From: Thermoanaerobaculia bacterium
Lineage (GTDB): Bacteria; Acidobacteriota; Thermoanaerobaculia; UBA5066
DNA: 64,000 nucleotides
Direction of reading: 5' to 3'
Assembly: GCA_963816185.1 (NCBI GenBank)
Contig: CAWFJJ010000030.1
Span: forward strand, 224,001 to 288,000
Program-made: the position numbers and the translations under genes
In this document: positions 58,893 to 64,000 of the stretch, one piece after another
Layout: the number at the start of each line of letters is the position of its first letter
Numbering within the stretch: the stretch's first letter is position 1
The notes under the pieces: generated by a model
Told to the model about the DNA's origin: nothing
Databases searched by the model: none
The model's input: the letters and a program-made list of their open reading frames with translations, nothing else

Positions 58893-60563
58893 CTAGACTC
58901 CACCGCCACCGAGAAAAGCTTTGAGCGACGAGATTGGAATGGCGCAGTGGTCCTCGGTGTCTCGGGACGTGGCATCCGAATCCGCACCGGTGACGGCGAT
59001 GCCCACCACCTCGCCACCCGCATTCAATACCGCCCCCCCGCTCCCTCCGCGCACGACGGCTGCGTCGAGCCAGAGTCGACGTCTCGGCGATGACCGAAAC
59101 CCGGAGACACGGCCGCTGGTCACGCGAATCGGATCCCTCGGCCTGTGGTTTGGAAACCCAGCGACGAAGATTGCATCGTGGAACGTTGGCTCGACGTCGC
59201 TGACGGCTAGGGCCTGATCATCTGAAAGCACACAGCCCGCGACCTCGATCAGCGCCAGATCAAGCACTGGGTCGCGGCGCAAGATAGTGACCCGGTATGT
59301 CACCTCTGGCTGCTCCGGGCGATAGGCAATCGATTTAGCTCCGACGACATGGTCGCAGGTTACGATTCCAACTCCGCGAAGCGCGACAGCCGTACCTTGT
59401 CGAATGTCATCCCCGTCATCCTGCTCAAGCACCCACATCGCGGGGCCGAGCATGCGAGGAAGTTCTGTAGGAACGAATGGCTCGAGCGGAGCGGGTTCTG
59501 CCGGAAATGGGTACTTAAAAGATGGGACCAGGTCTGAGTATTGTGCAAGGAGACGACGGAAGCACCGGTTTTCCGCCCCGCGGACCATGCGGAGGTAATC
59601 CAGCTTCCCCTTCACGACGCGTTGATAAGACGGGCCCGACCGCTCTGGCGCACGGTGTCCTCGCGCATAGCGAGCGCGGTATTCCGACTCTGCGAGCTCA
59701 AGGCCGAAACGCCGCCACGCGTGCAACATCGCTCGGATCTGACGCACGAGGCGCCGATCGACATTGGGGAACTCGTTGACGGTGAGCCCTGTAACGCGTT
59801 GCCTCTCAGCGGCCCCCGAAAGCCGCACCTTGCCGGGGTTCACAAAGAAACCATTCGACGTAATCACGGCCTGTAAATCGGGCCCGATAGCGACACTAGC
59901 GTCTTCTTGCTTGCGGCATAGTCGGCCCGGGAACCTCGAGGCCGTGGTAGAGAATGTGATGTCGTCGGCGTAGCGGGTGTAGGTCGAGTGGCAGGACCGG
60001 GCGAGTCGCTGGAGCTGGCCGTCTAGACGAGCGCAGACCATGTTTGCCACGACCGGCGACGACGGTGCGCCCTGGGGCAGCTGATTTCCGTGACAGCAGA
60101 TCTGGGCCAATACGGTCGCAACCTCGGCGTTTCGCTCGTAAGGCTTTGCGCGGAACACGCCGCGAACCCTGCCGAAGTTGATGGTCGGGAAGAAGTCCTG
60201 AAGATCAACGTTAAGGACCTGGCACCGACCGACATGCGATGACGCATTCGTTACGATTCCCCGTCCTCGGACGAAACCGTGCACCGACGGCTTCAATTCC
60301 AAGACCGCTTGGAGCACCTGGTTAAGCTTTCGCTGTATCAACTTTAGAGCTGTTATTGGGGAACTGATAACCCTCTCGCCTCCCCGCCTCTTCGGGACGG
60401 AGTACGTCGTGTACCGCGCGTCCTCCGGTATCCGGTGGAGGTGATAGGTGAGAGCGCTGTAGGAAACGTCGAGGAGTGCAGCAACTTCCCGCGGCGTCGT
60501 AAGCGAGAAGAACGCCACGCGCAACTCTTCAGGGCTGCCCGAGAGATCACGTGAGCCGCGCAT
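58893..60563 (-). CDS. Retron-type reverse transcriptase fused to a C-terminal trypsin-like serine protease
   Basis: PKRRGGER.I..P, region X NASSH, DLQDFFP, LPQGAPSSP, YTRYADD and region Y VTGLTVN. Protease triad TCDH / DLAL / GGSGG. The start is set at ATG 60563, just after the ncRNA arm. Confidence 0.93.
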   Translation of the reverse strand: MRGSRDLSGSPEELRVAFFSLTTPREVAALLDVSYSALTYHLHRIPEDARYTTYSVPKRRGGERVISSPITALKLIQRKLNQVLQAVLELKPSVHGFVRGRGIVTNASSHVGRCQVLNVDLQDFFPTINFGRVRGVFRAKPYERNAEVATVLAQICCHGNQLPQGAPSSPVVANMVCARLDGQLQRLARSCHSTYTRYADDITFSTTASRFPGRLCRKQEDASVAIGPDLQAVITSNGFFVNPGKVRLSGAAERQRVTGLTVNEFPNVDRRLVRQIRAMLHAWRRFGLELAESEYRARYARGHRAPERSGPSYQRVVKGKLDYLRMVRGAENRCFRRLLAQYSDLVPSFKYPFPAEPAPLEPFVPTELPRMLGPAMWVLEQDDGDDIRQGTAVALRGVGIVTCDHVVGAKSIAYRPEQPEVTYRVTILRRDPVLDLALIEVAGCVLSDDQALAVSDVEPTFHDAIFVAGFPNHRPRDPIRVTSGRVSGFRSSPRRRLWLDAAVVRGGSGGAVLNAGGEVVGIAVTGADSDATSRDTEDHCAIPISSLKAFLGGGGV

Positions 60564-60567
60564 GGAT

Positions 60568-60710
60568 GAGGCGCCCGAAGCCAAGACTCTGCTTTCCGAT
60601 GCGCGCAAGCGCGCGATGCAACCGCAAACGCAGCAATGTTCCCGTATCCAGGGACCTTAGATAAACCGTCGCGGATCAACGACGAAAATCAATCGAGCTT
60701 CGGGCGCCTC
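60568..60710 (-). ncRNA. Retron msr-msd non-coding RNA
   Basis: Perfect 14-bp terminal inverted repeat GAGGCGCCCGAAGC (60568-60581) / GCTTCGGGCGCCTC (60697-60710). It encloses two short msr-like hairpins (60667-60684, ~60640-60654) and a long msd-like hairpin centred on GCGCGC-AA-GCGCGC (60601-60614). Confidence 0.82.
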
Positions 60711-60721
60711 CGTCGTGCCGG

Positions 60722-60750
60722 ATCGTAGTCGGCTGGATTTGATTTCGCAA
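60722..60750 (-). promoter_or_regulatory. Sigma70 promoter of the retron
   Basis: TTGCGA (60750-60745), 17-nt spacer, TACGAT (60727-60722). The predicted TSS near 60715 is about 5 nt before the ncRNA 5' arm. Confidence 0.7.
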
Positions 60751-60831
60751 ATAACGGCCCGCTCGAACCAGTGCGCCTCTTGCCGCCGGTCGACGTTCCT
60801 GAACGCGATTCAGGAGCTGTAGCGAGGCGCC

Positions 60832-61130
60832 TCAGTTCTCCTTGCCATGTTCCTTCTCCTTCTCCTTGGCCGGCGGGTTCGCCTTTGCAGCCGGCGGAGG
60901 GCCCTGCGGCTTGGGCTGCACGTGCTGCACGCGCTGCACGTTGGGCTGTCTCTCCACGTGGGCGGGAGGAGGTTGATGGGCGGAATTGAGTTGTGCCTGA
61001 GCGACGGGCTTTCTCGTGTCGCTCGTTCGACGGCGGAGGCGGCGGCTGATGAACGGTCGCCTTCTCGCGTTTCTCGTGCGAGCTTTTCGGGGGCGGCGAA
61101 TGGACCTCCCGCTGCGCCTGAAGCTGAAAC
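60832..61130 (-). pseudogene. Displaced, diverged copy of the 3' end of the 62362-63579 gene
   Basis: Encodes ...PVAQAQLNSAHQPPPAHVERQPNVQRVQ...KEKEKEHGKEN* like the intact gene; +1 frameshift near 61010; no start codon. Confidence 0.85.
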
Positions 61131-61148
61131 CACTTTTCCCGGGCCGGG

Positions 61149-61946
61149 TCAGAGCGGCAGAATGGCTTTCCACCGAATGCCGCCGAAGCGCCACGGGCGA
61201 ACACGGAGGCTCGTGCCGTCATTGTACAGGAGCAGCGCAACGAGGTGCTCCGTCACGATATTCAAGTTTCCATCGACCGGAGCCCCCCACTTCATTTCCG
61301 GCAGTGGCGGAGCGTCATCCCCATCCATTCGGAGAGCTAGACCATCTCCACGACCAAAGATGTTTTTTATTGTACCGGTGAAAGTCGGGAACAGAATCGC
61401 CGTCTTCGACGTGATATGGGCCCTCCCGAATAATTCCACCTCCCACGGGAGCTTGACGAGCCCCCGGTCCTTCAGGCGATCGATATGACTGACGGCCATC
61501 TTGATCAGCGGCGCGAATAGTATTCCGTCCGGGACGTATGTTGGGGGGTCGACAGGATTGAACTTCGCCGGCCTTTCGTCGAGCAAATTGCGGCGCAGGA
61601 TATCGAGAGGGGTTTCGGCGTGGAGCGGGGTCGAGTCGGTCGCTGGCACACTTGCCGTGCGCCCGGCCAGTTCTTCCATGCGCCTCAGCATCGGCCCGCC
61701 GGGATCGACGAACCCGCTTCGCTGCCCGGGGAAGTGCTTGTCCTCGAAATGCGAGATGGCGCGATAGAGGGCATCGCTCGACAGGCCCGAAACGATGGGG
61801 CCGGTGAGGCTTCCCCCCGAGCCGCCCTCACTGGGGGGAATGCGGTTGAGCAGCGCGATCACCGCCTGCTGGTCTTCTGACCAGTTTTGGCACTGGCGCG
61901 CTCCGGCCCGGGTGTGTCGGCCAACACGTCCTCTAAGTGACATCAT
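61149..61946 (-). CDS. Hypothetical protein with N-terminal peptidoglycan-binding-like domain
   Basis: GGAGG RBS; VG...N..EDQQAV..LLN...AISHFE...GFVDPGG.ML resembles PG_binding_1-like modules; lower GC. Confidence 0.65.
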   Translation of the reverse strand: MMSLRGRVGRHTRAGARQCQNWSEDQQAVIALLNRIPPSEGGSGGSLTGPIVSGLSSDALYRAISHFEDKHFPGQRSGFVDPGGPMLRRMEELAGRTASVPATDSTPLHAETPLDILRRNLLDERPAKFNPVDPPTYVPDGILFAPLIKMAVSHIDRLKDRGLVKLPWEVELFGRAHITSKTAILFPTFTGTIKNIFGRGDGLALRMDGDDAPPLPEMKWGAPVDGNLNIVTEHLVALLLYNDGTSLRVRPWRFGGIRWKAILPL

Positions 61947-61974
61947 GTCCTCCCTTCGGCCCTCTATTCACATT

Positions 61975-62235
61975 ATTAGCCAGGAATTCGCGTTGAGCGG
62001 ACGACACGAATTCGAGGCGGTAAGCTACGCCGTTACATACCGCCACGCTTACGAACCTCGGCCCAGGATCCTCTTGGGGTTGGCGAGCCGGGAGACGGAC
62101 ACGCTCACGTCGTAGCGATCCTCCAGCTCCTCAAGGAGCTTCAGGTCCGCGATCGAGACGACCGCGGCGACGGGCTTCTTCCCCCGGCGCGTGATCACGC
62201 GCTCGCCGTGGCGCGTGCCATCGAGAACGGGATTC
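61975..62235 (-). pseudogene. Decayed Phd/YefM antitoxin plus truncated RelE/ParE toxin
   Basis: GERVITRRGKKPVAAVVSIADLKLLEELEDRYD, then after a frameshift WAEVRKRGGM*, followed by AYRLEFVSSAQREFLA, which breaks off. Confidence 0.7.
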
Positions 62236-62361
62236 GCTCACCGAGGCACGCGCTCTGGGGGCCACGGCGCGGCTCATGACAACTCGCATTCTACGGCCCT
62301 TTCACCGTTCAGTCGGCCGCTTGCCCCTGCCAGAACCGCGCGTCGTGCGCCGGCCAATCCT

Positions 62362-63579
62362 TCAGTTCTCCTTGCCGTGCTCCTTCTCTTTCTCCTTGCC
62401 CGGCGGATTCCCCTTGGCAGCGGGCGGAGGACCCTGCGGCTTGGGCTGCACGCGCTGCACGTTGGGCTGTCTCTCCACGTGGGCGGGAGGGGGTTGGTGG
62501 ACGGAGTTGAGCTGTGCCTGAGCGACGGGCTTCTCGTGTCGCTCGTGCGACGGCGGAGGCGGTGGTTGATGGGCCGTTGCCGCCTGCTCGTGCTTGACGT
62601 TCTTCTCATGAGAAGGCTGGGATGGTGGTTGATGGACCGTGGCCGCCCGCTCGTGCTTGATGTTCTTCTCATTCGAAGGCGGAGGCGGCTGCTGATGGAC
62701 CGTCGCCTTCTCGTGCCGCTCGTGCGAAACCGGGGGCGGCTGGAACGCCCGCTCGGACTTGGAGGGCATCGTGCGCGAAGCCTGCGACGGAGCGCGCTTC
62801 TCGTGCTCCGAGATCAGTTTCGCCCGCTCGCCTGCGGGGACGACGACCGAGGCTCGTTTCCCCTGTAGGGACGTGCGGATCGGGACCGCCTGCGTTTTCG
62901 CGTGGGCGAGGCTCACGCGCTGAATCCGCTTCCCGGCGACGCGTTCGACCTGCGAGATCGGCGGGCCGCCGGCGGACAGGGCGCCGCCCTGGACCGCGAA
63001 CCGCGTGACGGGTCGCGAGCGCGCGATGAACGTCGCGTTCTGGGTGACCGGAACGCGCACCGAGCTCACGTTGACGCCCGCGAACTGCCGGGCCGGCACG
63101 AATACATACGCGCTGCGCGACACGGTCACCGCCGGGCCGACGTAACCCGAGATCCCGACGGCGAAGCTCGGCGGGACGGGCGCCCATCCGAAAGCGTCGT
63201 CCGTGATGTACCACGTCACCCAGGCGGGGGCCCAGACGGTCCCTGGAATCCAGATCCATCCGTCGTCGGCGGTGTCGACCCACGTTCCGTAGTGATACGG
63301 GTCGCCGCCCCACGGGTCGAACGAGACCCAGGTCCAGCCGTCCTCCGTGTAGACCCACTCACCGTCGAGATAAGGCTGCCAGCCCACGGCGACGTGCCGG
63401 GGGTGCCAGCAGCGGCCGTAGCTTCCGACCGTGACCCAGTCGCCGTAAGGCGCGAGCGAGTCGTAGAAGAACCCGACGCTGACGGAAACGGACGCGCGCG
63501 CGGGCTGCGCCGGCACGGCGACGCCGACGGCGACAGCCAGAGCGAGTACGAGGAAAACGACGCGATTTTTCAATCGCAT
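62362..63579 (-). CDS. Secreted DUF6600-like protein with Pro/His/Gln-rich repetitive tail
   Basis: AAGGAGG RBS, signal peptide, FYDSLAPYGDW..WQPY..G.W..GWTW..YHYG.W..WAPAWV.W..GWAP, and HQPPPPPS.E repeats. Confidence 0.85.
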   Translation of the reverse strand: MRLKNRVVFLVLALAVAVGVAVPAQPARASVSVSVGFFYDSLAPYGDWVTVGSYGRCWHPRHVAVGWQPYLDGEWVYTEDGWTWVSFDPWGGDPYHYGTWVDTADDGWIWIPGTVWAPAWVTWYITDDAFGWAPVPPSFAVGISGYVGPAVTVSRSAYVFVPARQFAGVNVSSVRVPVTQNATFIARSRPVTRFAVQGGALSAGGPPISQVERVAGKRIQRVSLAHAKTQAVPIRTSLQGKRASVVVPAGERAKLISEHEKRAPSQASRTMPSKSERAFQPPPVSHERHEKATVHQQPPPPSNEKNIKHERAATVHQPPSQPSHEKNVKHEQAATAHQPPPPPSHERHEKPVAQAQLNSVHQPPPAHVERQPNVQRVQPKPQGPPPAAKGNPPGKEKEKEHGKEN

Positions 63580-63608
63580 GTTCTTCACCTCCTTCGGGCT
63601 CTTTTGTT

Positions 63609-63623
63609 ACAAGTCGCGTGCCA
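63609..63623 (-). promoter_or_regulatory. Possible sigma54 promoter
   Basis: TGGCACG-CGAC-TTGT versus consensus TGGCACG-N4-TTGC, one mismatch at -12. Confidence 0.4.
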
Positions 63624-63628
63624 GAAAC

Positions 63629-64000
63629 CTAGAAACCCTGGGAAGCCGAGAAAGAAACCAGGAGGCCCCGGCGACCGAACGGGTCGCGATCCAGGGCGTA
63701 CGCGAAGTCGATCCGGTAGACGTTGCTCGTGGGCGCGCGGCTGATCGACATCCTGAGGCCCACCCCCGCGTCCGTCTTGAAACTCGAAGGGCGAAGAGGC
63801 GTGCCCGGAGGAGCCGCCACGCCGGTATCGACGAAGAACGCCACTCCCGGCGAGAAGAGATGGAGCATCTCCTTGCCGAGGAAGACACGCTGTTCGAGGT
63901 TCACGATCATCCGTTTGTCGCCCGCGAACGAAAAGAGGCGGTAGCCGCGCAGGCCCACGAGCCCGTCCGCGATGAACTGGACGTCCCGGTCGAGGTTCCA
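63629..64000 (-). CDS. Omp85 (BamA/TamA-family) outer-membrane protein, C-terminal part
   Basis: GLRGY, FFVDTG, DAGVGLR, RIDFAY and terminal SQGF; the frame runs off the window end. Confidence 0.8.
   Translation of the reverse strand, partial: WNLDRDVQFIADGLVGLRGYRLFSFAGDKRMIVNLEQRVFLGKEMLHLFSPGVAFFVDTGVAAPPGTPLRPSSFKTDAGVGLRMSISRAPTSNVYRIDFAYALDRDPFGRRGLLVSFSASQGF

Noticed and set aside
58893-60563. Group II intron or CRISPR-associated RT
   Set aside because: There is no maturase/X domain, intron domain V or cas gene. The NAxxH and VTG motifs indicate a retron.
60563-60608. RT start at TTG 60608 as given in the ORF track
   Set aside because: It lies inside the predicted msd hairpin; ATG 60563 follows the 3' arm and precedes RT-like sequence.
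58200-62360. Integron cassette array
   Set aside because: The genes are co-oriented, but no attC-like RYYYAAC...GTTRRRY structures or integrase were found.
62400-62760. Short repeats in the DUF6600-like tail as a non-coding array
   Set aside because: They are in-frame HQPPPPPS-type peptide repeats of the protein.
58893-62770. Diversity-generating retroelement (RT next to an imperfect copy of a gene 3' end, like TR/VR)
   Set aside because: Differences between the copies are not adenine-specific: of 9 checked in the last ~29 codons, only 2 are at A in the putative template. They are mostly synonymous. The RT has retron motifs and its own msr-msd, and no avd-like gene is evident.
1-64000. CRISPR array, tRNA or rRNA genes
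   Set aside because: No regularly spaced 25-45-bp repeats or cloverleaf were seen. GATTCGACTCC near 57884 is coding sequence where two genes overlap.

Overview
This is a high-GC (about 68-70%, estimated by eye) bacterial window; gene content suggests Acidobacteriota (inference). The housekeeping and envelope backbone includes two paralogous membrane Ser/Thr kinases around an ArsR-SRPBCC operon, a VanX-cyclase fusion, GT2/flippase/B12-radical SAM genes, a CHASE-PAS hybrid kinase, alpha-2-macroglobulin, a RapA-like SNF2 ATPase, a MetB-like lyase, MFS, egtB-egtD, tatA/tatC, an S41 protease, exosortase H with its partner, an HDAC-family protein, PilZ and an Omp85 protein. Two accessory regions stand out. 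(1) 37.7-53.4 kb: a ~15.2-kb gene, broken by frameshifts, for a giant Sec-exported protein (~28 Ig-like repeats, Rhs core, HNH-like toxin tip), followed by a candidate immunity gene. (2) 58.4-62.4 kb: a complete-looking retron with a sigma70 promoter, a ~143-nt msr-msd RNA closed by a perfect 14-bp inverted repeat, an RT fused to an intact trypsin-like protease, and a tightly linked unknown ORF. It lies beside a displaced copy of a gene 3' end and a decayed toxin-antitoxin pair. Also seen: many apparently leaderless genes and a recurrent TTCTWAGAA motif that forms inverted-repeat pairs. No rRNA, tRNA or CRISPR array was found. All family calls come from motif recognition, not database searches.
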